DNA of 63,437 nucleotides, counting the filler, from Sanchytrium tribonematis (taxonomy: Eukaryota): assembly GCA_018985235.1 (NCBI GenBank). It is 13 parts of 13 records of this genome, joined end to end, with 100 filler letters (N's around TTAATTAATTAA, not from the genome) between each part and the next. Parts side by side here need not be neighbours in the genome. Positions count along the whole stretch, not along the records: positions 34,665 to 56,557 come from JADGIG010000086.1; positions 56,658 to 59,999 come from JADGIG010000878.1; positions 60,100 to 63,437 come from JADGIG010000879.1; 10 more parts are not named here. One strand, 5' to 3'. Made by a program: the position numbers and the translations under genes. Under the pieces are notes generated by a model. The model saw only the letters and a list, made by a program, of their open reading frames with translations, did no database searches and was not told the DNA's origin. Positions 53,201 to 63,437 of this stretch are shown here, one piece after another. Position 1 is the first letter of the stretch, and every line of letters begins with the position of its first letter.

Positions 53201-56185
53201 TTGACACACATCTGCTGTCCCATTCATTTTAAATTGATATGCCGTGTAAGTATCTTGAAATTGTGGTTTTAAAGTGTATTGCAATGTCATATTTTTAATA
53301 AATTGACTCGTGGTGAACTTGGTACCACAACTAGACCCATTTAATTGCGTATCAAATGATAAATTGGTAAATTTGAATAAATTGATAAATTGAGATTGAA
53401 ATGGCAATACAATTAATGTATTCTCATATTTAATACGATCTAATGCCAATTGATCTGTAAATGTGTAAATGCCATTCCCATATGTGGTGATATTCTCAAA
53501 TTGCATTTTATGGCATTTTGGACCAGATAATTCTAATTGCAATAAAATCATTCTTTTACACGGTGTATATTGTAATAAATCACTCCCTAATGGAATATAT
53601 CCACTAAATCCCAAATTATTCGCATTTTTACTAAAATCTACAGTATTGGTCAAATTGGTAATTGGCCATGATAATCCACTTGTTTTTAATTGTAAAGTGA
53701 ATCCACGTGTGAAATAATCTGTTAATTGAGTATAGATCGTGTTATTTTGGAATAAATTCAATTGTAATTGATTCGATTGTACTACCAATTGATTAAAATC
53801 AATATATTTCAAAATGGGATCTGTGTAATTCTTTCCATTTACAATCACAGTGAGTGGCTGTAATTGAAATTGACAAATGCTACTTCCACTCAAACTCGTA
53901 CTCATTTCAAATCGAGTATTGTTGAATGCACTGGGTACATTTAAATCAATAAATCCATTATAAATTGCACCTGAATTTGAAACAGTAATGGATGTATCGG
54001 ATGGACAACCCTGAAATCCAATAGACCCACTCATACTAAATGAACTAGACATGATATTGTTGAAATACGGAGTCGTGATTAATCTCAATTTCCCATTTTT
54101 ATACGTGGTTGTATTCAACCAATTATTCACTAAATATTTATTGGATCCAGCTGTAAATGAAGTAGAAGTGGATAATTGACATTGACCATTATTCATAGAA
54201 TTATCTACTTTGATATCTAATGCATAACTGGTTAAAATATCAAATGCATTAGAATCTACAGTAATTTTAATTACATTATTAGAATAATCTAAAATAGTAG
54301 CATCTGATGTAATAGATGGCATTGGGGTGCATCCAGAAGGTGTTAGGATGAATTGGATATTATATTGTTGATTATTATAATATTGGAGTGAATTCATGGT
54401 ATTTTGATTTAATGGGATTTTAATTTGATTATTTGCAAATGTGATGGATTGTGTTGATATGGAGAGTGAATTGAGATATGGATCAATAAATATAGTTGAT
54501 TTAGGGATAATTGCAGATGTAGAGGGTCCAGTAGGTGGTGGTAAAAAGCCTCCAGTCGGGGGAAGAGTCACTTGTTTGTTAAATGACATGCTACAGACAC
54601 CAGATACTTCATTAATACTCCCACTTAGTGTGAATTTACTAGATGCAGCAGCCGTGTAATAATAATAATCAAGGGGGAAGGAATATGAATTGGGGTGATT
54701 TGAATCTAAATTGCCATTAATCGTCTCAGTTTTACAATCATTGCTCACTACAAGGACTGGTTGTACTACATTGATATTCCCATATCCACCCATTTGAAAA
54801 TTACTTAAAATCATGGTCAAGTCCGGACTCACATCCAAATTGGTATATTGGTTTAAATACGCATCAAATGAATTGGTTGGAGAGACTTGGTTGGTAAATA
54901 TGAATTCATTCGGGAATTGGATGATAATAGAAGGATCTGATGCATTCATGAATCCAATGACATTATTATTGATATTGGTTGCAAATTTGTAAATGGGTTG
55001 TGGATTAATACCATTTTGAGATTGTAGGGTGAATGTGGTATTAATAGAGTAGTAATTACAATATAAATCAATGGAAAATTGGGGTGATTTGTTGTTCATG
55101 ATGAAATTATGATTGAATTCATTTGGATTTGGGGTACCTTTGTTGATTGTAAATGCATCCAATCCAATTGGAATAACATGTTGGTTGCTAGAGACATTGT
55201 ACATGCTGATCCTTAATGAATTAGAGCCATTCGCACTAAAATAATACGCAGTTGGGGCAGTCGAAGCGAGTTTCACATCCTCCGTAGAAATATCAACCAA
55301 TGAATCTTTGACATATAATCTGTTTTGTGAAGAAATGGCTAGATTTATAATAGAGATATTTTGCACCATATATCTAAAATCATACAAAAATGCATTGGAA
55401 TTATATGCAAATGTGAATGTAAGAGACGCCAAATCACTGCTTGATGCAAAATCAAACATTGGGAATCCTAATGGATCAATACTAGATCCAGAAAGGGGAT
55501 ATTGACTATTCAGATCTGTAAATGTAGTAGTGACAGGTGCACCAGACACAAGAGATAAGGCAGATGCACTTTTGAGATAACACAAGCCAGTACCCGTATT
55601 TTGAGTCAAGTACACGAATTTGTTACTTGCTGTAACAGTGCCAAATTTAACTGTAGCGAGATTCGTTGACGCGGGTAACCATGAGCATTTCACTGTACTT
55701 GATGAACTATAAACAATCATAGTACTAAGAGGGGAATTAGTAGTCAATATTTCAATATGCAGGTCATTTCCCAATTTACTCCCCTTGACACTCGTGGAAA
55801 TAGCCTGCGTTTTACCCAATGTAAGAACACCTATTTGAAAAAGATCCAGGCAAGAATTGGTGATTTGATACTTAAAAATGACATCATTATTCGAACTTGA
55901 TCCTGGAAAATAGACCAATTTCGTAACCGAATTATCAATTTGTGAATAAACATAACTCACGGATGATTTAGCGGTGTTCAAATCACAATCCACCCACTGA
56001 TTCGATTTCGTATCAAAATAAAACATGGTGCTTTGATCTCGAGTCACTGCATAGTAGGTTGATGAAATATCATAAATGGCGCCTCTATCAAATCTAGTAT
56101 CAATTGGTAGAAAAGTAGAGGATGGTCCGAATCTACTTTGTAATCTACTAATATAGATGGCTCCATAGATCAAAGTTAAAAACAT
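50245..56185 (-). CDS. Giant cell-surface receptor-like protein, about 1973 aa, 2 exons (intron 51397-51415): large beta-rich ectodomain, Cys-rich EGF/GCC-like region, multi-TM C-terminus
   Basis: MFLTLIYG signal; CADCPSGGIC, CNAGY...CGVC...YY...C.KCP; spliced VNYFQ/ILYIFK..LKW; PEC; KPY. Confidence 0.8.
51397..51415 (-). other. 19-nt spliceosomal intron GTAATTTCATTTCATGTAG
   Basis: Phase-0 intron fusing the 1609-aa and 374-aa ORFs in frame; matches the consensus. Confidence 0.87.
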
Positions 56186-56263
56186 GGATGGCCTAATAAA
56201 AGACGTGCTTCTTTTTTAAATTGAAACATTTAATGACCTAGTTTGTTTGAGAATTGGAAGAAT

Positions 56264-56557
56264 TTATTGAACTCCCAAATTAGCATACAACATAGATTTG
56301 ACTTCCTTGTTAATCGCATCATATACTTTATAGTCTTTGGTAGATTTATGAGCTATTTGGGCTTGTCTCCTTAAAACACCATTAATATTGATTTCAAATG
56401 GACTTCCCAACTCAATATATGCTAAATACATCTCATCTGCATGTTTGGTGAGTAAATCTACATCTTTCATTTGATGTAACAACTCATAATCTTCTCTAAA
56501 CATGACTAATTCTAAACAGAATCTTTCTGCTGCTTTTTTACGTAAATCATTGATTTC
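56264..56557 (-). CDS. RGS domain protein, 3' fragment
   Basis: ERFCLELVMF.EDY...A.EMY..YIELGSPFEINI. Confidence 0.8.
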   Translation of the reverse strand, partial: EINDLRKKAAERFCLELVMFREDYELLHQMKDVDLLTKHADEMYLAYIELGSPFEININGVLRRQAQIAHKSTKDYKVYDAINKEVKSMLYANLGVQ

Positions 56558-56657
56558 NNNNNNNNNNNNNNNNNNNNNNNNNNNNNNNNNNNNNNNNNNN
56601 NTTAATTAATTAANNNNNNNNNNNNNNNNNNNNNNNNNNNNNNNNNNNNNNNNNNNN
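56558..56657. other. Artificial contig spacer
   Basis: N-TTAATTAATTAA-N. Confidence 0.99.
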
Positions 56658-57106
56658 TGTTAATTGCGTCATTGTTAAAGCGTTGACAACTGAAATCATT
56701 TGTTGCTTTCTGGGGGAAGATGCGTATTTTAACTTGATTTCATTCGTGAGAATTGTCTGCTTGACATTTGATTGGATATCAAATTCTTTGCAATAAACTC
56801 TGGCTGATTCGGACAAAAGATATGAAGTGAAAAATAAGTACTCGCACTCATTGTATTTTCCAAATATCACCCATTTGGTCATTGTTAGCTCATTTTTAAA
56901 AAACATTACAATTACAGATTTCCTTACCAAGTTGAAATCTCTTGAAATACTTGAAATTTGGAATCAGCTGACTGATTTACATAATTCAAATTACATATTG
57001 AATGCGACTCCGATATCGATACTACTTTAAATGAAGATTTCGAATCTATTGAGCCACTGAAACACATTACATTCCTTGTTGGATTTCAAATAAATCATTT
57101 ATTTAA

Positions 57107-58117
57107 TTAATGACCAGTACAAGTCTTGCAGGCACACTCAAATCGATACATTTCATAATTATATCTCGATTTATCTTCACTTTGATTATAACTAATCGTA
57201 ATTTCCTCATTTTTAGAAATATCTTTGATGGCTATAATTTCAACATTGGCACATGATAAATCACTTTCATCTAAATGAGTGAACATGACTTGTGAATTTG
57301 GATCACAATCATGATTAATTGCAGCATGGGTCTCATAAATAGCAGATCCTTCAGAATGAGTCATTTCTGAATATTCATTTAATAATTGCTCTGCAAATTC
57401 ATCGAGTAATGTATCTTGATAATCTGAACAGATACGTAGTGCATCTAATGGGGATGTGCCTACGCCTTGACCATTGAGCGCAATTAAAAGTAAAATGGAT
57501 TGAAACACGGGAAATGGCAAATTGATTTTGATGCCATGTAATTGATAAGTGCCTTGATGGAATGCTAATTCTAATTTATGATAATATTCATTGACATTGA
57601 CTGTATTCAACAGTAGAATGTGTTGGGCATCTTGTGGGTCTAAAGTGTGGATAAATTGGAAATATTTTGAATTTTCAAAAGCTATTTGTAAATCATGGTT
57701 GATAATTGACAAGTCAAAAAGGATACGTAATGGTAGTTCTGGAGTAGACCATTCTGGCATATCGTGGACATTGGACCACCATTGCATCAAATCATTAAAA
57801 TTAGAATTATTGCAAAATGCCTTGTGTAAATGGTCCCGTTGAAGATGTTCTGGGGTGCAATATTGCAATTGGCATTCGGGACATGATTCTACATTAAATG
57901 ATTGTTCATATTCAGTGGTGATGTTCAGCATTTTCTTTAAATATTTGTTGACATGTAAAATTGGAGCTAAACAGATAGGACATGCAGGGAAATGCTGTCT
58001 ATTTTGATGATACTGTGCTAATATGAGTGGTGCCTCATTCAATATGATTGTATCTTGTGGAATATCTTCAGTAGCGAATAATCCTTTTCCTTTTGGAGTC
58101 TTTCTGATGGCAAACAT
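57107..58117 (-). CDS. SET-MYND lysine methyltransferase (SMYD5-like)
   Basis: KGKGLFATEDI, CPIC/CPEC..YC...H..FC, NGQGVGTSP, INHDCDPN, EEITISY, YRFECACKTC. Confidence 0.85.
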   Translation of the reverse strand: MFAIRKTPKGKGLFATEDIPQDTIILNEAPLILAQYHQNRQHFPACPICLAPILHVNKYLKKMLNITTEYEQSFNVESCPECQLQYCTPEHLQRDHLHKAFCNNSNFNDLMQWWSNVHDMPEWSTPELPLRILFDLSIINHDLQIAFENSKYFQFIHTLDPQDAQHILLLNTVNVNEYYHKLELAFHQGTYQLHGIKINLPFPVFQSILLLIALNGQGVGTSPLDALRICSDYQDTLLDEFAEQLLNEYSEMTHSEGSAIYETHAAINHDCDPNSQVMFTHLDESDLSCANVEIIAIKDISKNEEITISYNQSEDKSRYNYEMYRFECACKTCTGH

Positions 58118-58204
58118 CCGTGTTTGGACCTTGATTTGTTAGTCGCACAAGCTATTTAGAATCAAAATGACCTAATAGTGCTATTAGTAAATGTTTTCAT
58201 AAAT

Positions 58205-58468
58205 CTAATTTATTAAATATCTGTTAAAATCTTTTAGTACCAAATTTGTGGTTGTTTTGCCATTATTTACCAATTTATCAAGATAATTGTGTAGATCGCG
58301 CTTCTTTGCACCCGTAAAAGCCACGCAATGTACTGGATAATACTTGATCAGATGTTCTTTGCATAAAATAACAGCCAACTGCTTTCGTAGTGGCGCATCC
58401 TTCAATGCTTCATCTTTTGCAAAAGTGGTTTTTATGAGTCTATTTGGATTTGAGTTCAAATGTAGCAT
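58205..58468 (-). CDS. Small hypothetical protein
   Basis: ATG ORF (MLHLNSN...) in gene-dense context; no homology recognised. Confidence 0.3.
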   Translation of the reverse strand: MLHLNSNPNRLIKTTFAKDEALKDAPLRKQLAVILCKEHLIKYYPVHCVAFTGAKKRDLHNYLDKLVNNGKTTTNLVLKDFNRYLIN

Positions 58469-58756
58469 TGTTTTCTTCTCTTTTGCCATTTGCAAAGGAC
58501 GCGTTTTGATTTAAATACACAGAAATCGATTTTCTGATCTTTGATTGGCTAAAAGACCAGCGCAAAGATCACCCACAGATCACTTTCTGATCCCTCTCAA
58601 CTTTAGAGGTGATATTTGTTAATTTAAAATGTCCTTTTTCAAGCTGATTTATTTTTTAAAACCCTCCAAAATTCAATCTAAATTTTAAAACCCAATGAAG
58701 CACCACCCACGTGCTAATCAACGGTATTAAAATAATGACCGCCCTCATTCATCAAC

Positions 58757-59122
58757 ATGCTGTCTCATGCGATATTACATGAATATAAATCGAATGAATT
58801 AGAAATTGCTAGAAATCAAATGCAAGATTACAAAACACGCATTTCCAAGATATATTTGAAATTAAAAGAAGCTTTAGATTATAAATGCGAGTATAAATGG
58901 TACCACACTTATAAACATAAGGAATTAATGGATGCCCAAATGCGAGATCGTCAAATTTACATTAATTATTGCGTCAAAAAATTATTGATTTATATGGCCA
59001 AAACCCGTGAAATTGAAGATTTAATAAATCTACATCAATTGTATGTACATTATTTATTGTCGTGGTCGTGGAAAAGGTGGCACAAATCCCTGTGGCTGCT
59101 GATAATTATTTGTTGTCGGTGA
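58757..59122 (+). CDS. Hypothetical helical protein; 3' end overlaps the convergent gene
   Basis: GCCC motif upstream of ATG; 121 aa. Confidence 0.4.
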   Translation: MLSHAILHEYKSNELEIARNQMQDYKTRISKIYLKLKEALDYKCEYKWYHTYKHKELMDAQMRDRQIYINYCVKKLLIYMAKTREIEDLINLHQLYVHYLLSWSWKRWHKSLWLLIIICCR

Positions 59123-59999
59123 AACATATCCCTGATAATTTTGATACGGCGGCATTTGTTGCGTATTTTGAGGTTGTATGCCCGAGTAATATTGATTCTG
59201 TGGCATGCCTTGTGGTACATTTTGTGGCATATTCTGATATGGCATGGGTTGATACGGCATTTGAGAATATCCCATTTGTTGATTCATTTGTGGCTGATGT
59301 GAAGGATGTTGAGGATGTGGCATCGTCTGATACGGTACTTGTGCCACATATTGTGGAGAATGATTAGGAGATGTCATTTGTGGCATTTGTTGCGACATTG
59401 GAGGATTAGATTGTTGAGAATATTGTGATGACATTGTGGGATATTGCATTTGCTGAGGGATTGGTTGATTCATTGGCTGATGACTGGGATGATTTGGGTG
59501 TGGGAGAGATGGATAGGGCATTGCATTCATTTGAGATTGCATTTGATTTTGATTTGAAGTGGGAATCATGTTAGAGGGGTAATTTGTGACAGGGTGATTG
59601 GGTTGATGCGTGGCCTGAATATGGGATAGAGAAGGATACTGTGGCTGGATTGGCTGTTGCACTGGTTGCATGGGCTGCTGGACTGGTTTCTGTACTGGTT
59701 GCTGAACTGGTGACTGAGTAGATTGCGTTGGTTGTTGCACGGGAGATGGATTTGATTTGACTGGTGATTGCAATTTATAACAATCTGGTACTTCTAATCC
59801 AAGTCCATCCATTAATAACTGGCCATTCACTATCCCTGTTTCTGTGTGAGTGCCATGAATCATTTGAGACATTGGCACAATTTCATTCATAAATAAAAAT
59901 CCCTCTAATTGACTAATCACTTGATTATTCTTGTAAATTGGAATTGAAAATGATTTCAATTTAGATTGATGATGGTACCATTCTTTTAATGGTAAAGAA
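59054..59999 (-). CDS. Pro/Gln-rich low-complexity protein, 3' fragment
   Basis: Frame open from the contig edge; QPVQ and YPS repeats. Confidence 0.7.
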
Positions 60000-60099
60000 N
60001 NNNNNNNNNNNNNNNNNNNNNNNNNNNNNNNNNNNNNNNNNNNTTAATTAATTAANNNNNNNNNNNNNNNNNNNNNNNNNNNNNNNNNNNNNNNNNNNN
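60000..60099. other. Artificial contig spacer
   Basis: N-TTAATTAATTAA-N. Confidence 0.99.
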
Positions 60100-60117
60100 T
60101 TTCTAAAAGAAAACGAC

Positions 60118-60435
60118 CTAGAAATTTAAATAAGAGGTTGGATATTCGGCCAAATGTTTCTGTGACTTCAGCAACTTATATTTCGCACGTATTCGGGACA
60201 TCAGAACTTTGTAATCTTCATGAAGGTTGTTCTCAATTGGAAATGTTTGAACCAATTCCGATAATTTTTTAGATACGGTGTTTTCACTTACCAAAGACAG
60301 TTGAAATTTATAGAAACCTAATTCTTTACCCATTTCTAAACTAGCTGCATGACCCAATTCGTAACCAGAATTGTAGCTAGATTTTTTGATATCTTCCACT
60401 GGGGTCGGAATATCTTCAAAGTCAATGGTATTCAT
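60118..60435 (-). CDS. Lto1/ORAOV1 (Yae1_N family) Fe-S assembly adaptor-like
   Basis: GX3 repeats SYNSGYELG..MGKELGFY; FP.EN; RIRAKYKLL. Confidence 0.65.
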   Translation of the reverse strand: MNTIDFEDIPTPVEDIKKSSYNSGYELGHAASLEMGKELGFYKFQLSLVSENTVSKKLSELVQTFPIENNLHEDYKVLMSRIRAKYKLLKSQKHLAEYPTSYLNF

Positions 60436-60457
60436 AAAATCTGGCTGACACAGGGGA
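60436..60457. promoter_or_regulatory. Putative 22-bp bidirectional promoter with a single GGGG/CCCC
   Basis: Between divergent ATGs at 60435(-) and 60458(+): AAAATCTGGCTGACACAGGGGA. Confidence 0.45.
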
Positions 60458-62738
60458 ATGGAAAATCTTGAAGTCCTTGTTCAAAATGTACTGGGCAAGA
60501 TTCAGATAGAAGATGAATTGCAGTTGTGCACTAAGCTATTAAATTCAACTTTTAAATCCAATATAACTTTGTCAAGTGTGGACCATTTAATCAGAAAAAA
60601 ACTTGCAAAATCAAATTATGCTTTAGAATACATTAATGCTTTTAATTTATTAAGCCAACATAATGTTTCGAAATTAGCAGAAATTTTGCAATTTTTGTAC
60701 ATACTATCTGGACAGCAAAATATTTCAAAACCGGTTATTCCCTCAATCGACTTTATGGAACAAGGATTTATGGCTCAAATTCCTAAAAGTACGCAAATAG
60801 AGATGGATGTGGATGAAAAAGATCTTCCGGTAGTTTCTGATCAAGAAAAAGCTTTAGTGAAAGACCTGTTTTTTGTTTTACAAGGAATTAGTGGAAATTT
60901 AATTGATTTATCTGAAGATAAATTAAAATGCAAAATTAGTTTCAAGGACAATCGTCAACCATGTTTAGATCTTCTTATGATTCTAGCAGAAGTGGCACTG
61001 AATTTTCGGAAATTTATCAGCACCTCCACAAACAGTTTCCTAATTCGCTCGATACAAATTGGAGTTGAAAATGAACTACGCAAAATGCAGGAATTGTCAA
61101 TAAGCGCAGAGGGAGTTTCTCTTAGTGTACTGCACGTTTATGCTCATGTATTTCCTTATATTTATCGCTACCATTTTATCTATAATATATTTAAAAATAT
61201 AGATATATTTAATATAACAATTCAATCGAGTGACCAGATACTGTCATATTTGACCGCAGGCTATCACAGTGGGGATGAGTTGAAAGTGGAAATTTGTGAG
61301 TCTTTTCTTGCTTTAATTTCGAAGCCTTATGTAGAACAAATTTTTAATTGGATGGTGTACGGAGAACTCAACGACCCATTCAATGAGTTTTTTATTGTTA
61401 AAAATGATGAAAATTTAGACTTTCCGAATGAACATTTTTGGACAAAAGCCTTTTACTCAAGATCTTCTACAATACCTTTTCTGAATGATATAGAACAACG
61501 AAAATGTATTTTGGAAGTTGGGAAATCTTCACGACTGCTTTCATTATCAGATAACAGCTCACTATGGGTGATCGAAAATTCCAAACTATTTTCGAAAAAT
61601 GATCTAAACTTAAGGGACCGCGAGACAACACTAAGATTTATCAAGAAACTAAAATTGCATATTGATAATCGGCTCATGGTTGTATTCAAAGATAAATTTG
61701 GCCTCAGGGAATGTCTCAAATTTATGAGAGATGTGTTTTTTACCAGAAGGGGCGATTTGTTGCTCGAGATTTTTTATCAATTAAAAGACTATCTGGAAAT
61801 GCCTGCAAAGACGATTATTTACGAAGTTTCCGCTGTTGTTGATATTTGCTTTCGACAAAATTATACCAATTCTCCTTTATTTAATATCAAACTTTCCACT
61901 TTAAATTTTAAAGAAAACAGCCTCTTGTGGTCATGCTTGTGCTTCAGACCCGAGTTCCCATTTCCGATGAATAATTTTTTTGATTCAAAAATAATTAAAA
62001 GATACCAAGGGATGTTTGGCTTTTTCAATTCTCTCAAGTATGTTTACTTTAGATTAAACTATTTGTGGAAAAATTTAAAATCAATTTCTATACCAATAAG
62101 AACTAATGTTCCACAATTTAAGATGTTTTTAAGAAAAACCGCTGTTTGGAATCAACAATATGTGTCTATTATTTCTCAAATATTATTTTATAGTTTGTAT
62201 GAAGTAGTAGAAAACGATCTTAAGTCCTTAGACAACTATGCAATGAAAGAGGGCATTGGATTTCAAGAACTTATTGAAATGCATAACAATGTTGTGAAAA
62301 ATCTCAGAAGTTCGACAAGTTTAGAATCCGATCCGCAAAATCCAAATTTTAGCCTAATTTGGGAACTGCTTCAGGAGCTGCATAAATACACTCTTCAAGA
62401 AGTAATCATTGTTTATTTAGAGTGAAATTTTTAGCAATTTGGAACGACTTATTTTGTTTAAACAAAAGCTAGAATTACAATATGCGGGGCAAGTTCCATG
62501 GGATGATACAGGTATTTATGCAGAAGTCGAGACTATTGAAAAAAAATGTCAAATATTTGAATCTAGTAACATATTTTTAAAATCAAGAGCAAACTCATTT
62601 GTGTCAAATATTGCGAATTCTAAAGAGCCTAGCTTTCGCAAACTCGCGCAGAGAATTAATTTTAATGCCTATTATCAATTTGACGTAGCTAATAGCGCCA
62701 CAGCCACCAGTCTGTTCGCTTCACCATTGAGAATGTAA
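60458..62738 (+). CDS. Gamma-tubulin complex component (GCP3/Spc98-like); 2 exons (intron 62402-62420), 753 aa
   Basis: LVKDLFFVLQGISG, WMVYGELNDPFNEFFI, FW...IPFL, ILEVGKS, RGDL, and exon 2 ending LAQRINFNAYY. Confidence 0.85.
62402..62420 (+). other. 19-nt spliceosomal intron GTAATCATTGTTTATTTAG
   Basis: Phase-0 removal attaches the conserved GCP C-terminal L..R.NFN.YY block in frame. Confidence 0.88.
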
Positions 62739-62744
62739 ATAAAT

Positions 62745-63038
62745 TTATTTTTTAAGTTTTTTAAAATTCAAGTGAGTCTTTACCACATTTTCAATTGCTT
62801 GAACTGAAAGCTCTTTCTTTTGAACTTCTTTTTGTTCATAAACAGACTTGAGCCTATTTAATTGCTTTTGGATTGGGTGTGAATTTGTGTCAATATTATT
62901 CATTTTCAAATAAGCATAAAAAAGTCCTGTCAAAGTGTAGGCAGCATCAAAAGGTGACTTTTCAACATCAAGCATTTTAACTTCACTGTCAATATCGTTT
63001 AATAGATTGTTCAGATGTTGAAGAGATTCATTGTTCAT
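62745..63038 (-). CDS. C1D/Rrp47 (Sas10/Utp3/C1D family) exosome cofactor
   Basis: AYTLTGLFYAYLK..ID..SHPIQKQLNRLK. Confidence 0.75.
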   Translation of the reverse strand: MNNESLQHLNNLLNDIDSEVKMLDVEKSPFDAAYTLTGLFYAYLKMNNIDTNSHPIQKQLNRLKSVYEQKEVQKKELSVQAIENVVKTHLNFKKLKK

Positions 63039-63086
63039 TGTACAATGTGTTTCGTGGTACTCCTACAAAAATTCTTAAATTTTATT

Positions 63087-63437
63087 TTATTTCTTTTTCC
63101 CGTCAAGAGATGCTCGAACCTCCTTTTCTTCTGCCTCGATCTTCCTTTTTTCTTCATCAAGTTCAGCCTGAAGTTTTTTGGCTAATGCAGACAACTTTTC
63201 TTCTTTTTCCTTTAATTCGGCTTCCTTTTGTCTTACCTTAGTCATGAAATTTGCTCTCATCCTTTCTTCGCGCTCTTGCATCTCACGAGAAAGCTCCTCT
63301 TTTGCAGAAGTTGCTTGGTTAGCTATGTCCCCATCCACTCTCTGCTGCATAAAGCCGGCTCTATATTGAGCAAAATGGCGGACATGAGTAGATTCAATCA
63401 AATCTGCCATATTGTCACTTATTAAAAGTCTCCTAAG
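63087..63437 (-). CDS. Septin, C-terminal fragment
   Basis: MADLIESTH..HF..YR followed by coiled coil E..MR..F..KV..KEAELKEKE. Confidence 0.8.
   Translation of the reverse strand, partial: LRRLLISDNMADLIESTHVRHFAQYRAGFMQQRVDGDIANQATSAKEELSREMQEREERMRANFMTKVRQKEAELKEKEEKLSALAKKLQAELDEEKRKIEAEEKEVRASLDGKKK

Noticed and set aside
3392..60099. Regularly spaced TTAATTAATTAA repeats as a CRISPR-like or biological repeat array
   Set aside because: Always embedded in 100-nt N spacers; a six-frame stop linker added during concatenation.
1..63437. Prokaryotic defence system, operon, prophage, rRNA, tRNA or snRNA genes
   Set aside because: Gene content is eukaryotic and I recognised no such hallmark sequences by eye; an Infernal/tRNAscan run is needed to exclude small RNAs.

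Overview
This window is not contiguous DNA. It is 13 contigs joined by artificial 100-nt spacers (N-run, TTAATTAATTAA, N-run): twelve of about 3.3-3.4 kb and one of 21.9 kb (34665-56557). The genes are eukaryotic, standard genetic code, AT-rich and very tightly packed. A myosin-motor chitin synthase and an Opi1-like gene point to a fungus. A CatSper-like channel and CCDC146/MBO2 point to a flagellated (zoosporic) lineage; a reduced parasite such as a sanchytrid is my inference, not established. Main result: all five introns I could infer from clear ORF frame breaks are exactly 19 nt, with consensus GTA(A/C)T-N6-TYAT(T/G)TAG and an invariant A 6 nt from the 3' end. This is a tiny-intron architecture like those of chlorarachniophyte nucleomorphs and heterotrich ciliates. 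A 58-aa SNRNP27-like gene missed by the ORF track, and Prp3, are also present. Other highlights: a tandem array of four signal-peptide-bearing cyclin-fold proteins (candidate host cell-cycle effectors), a secreted atypical kinase, very short (8-11 aa) signal peptides, microsporidia-like CCC/GGG motifs upstream of start codons, and a GIY-YIG/zinc-knuckle nuclease resembling giant-virus proteins. All homology calls are by motif recognition only; no searches were run.
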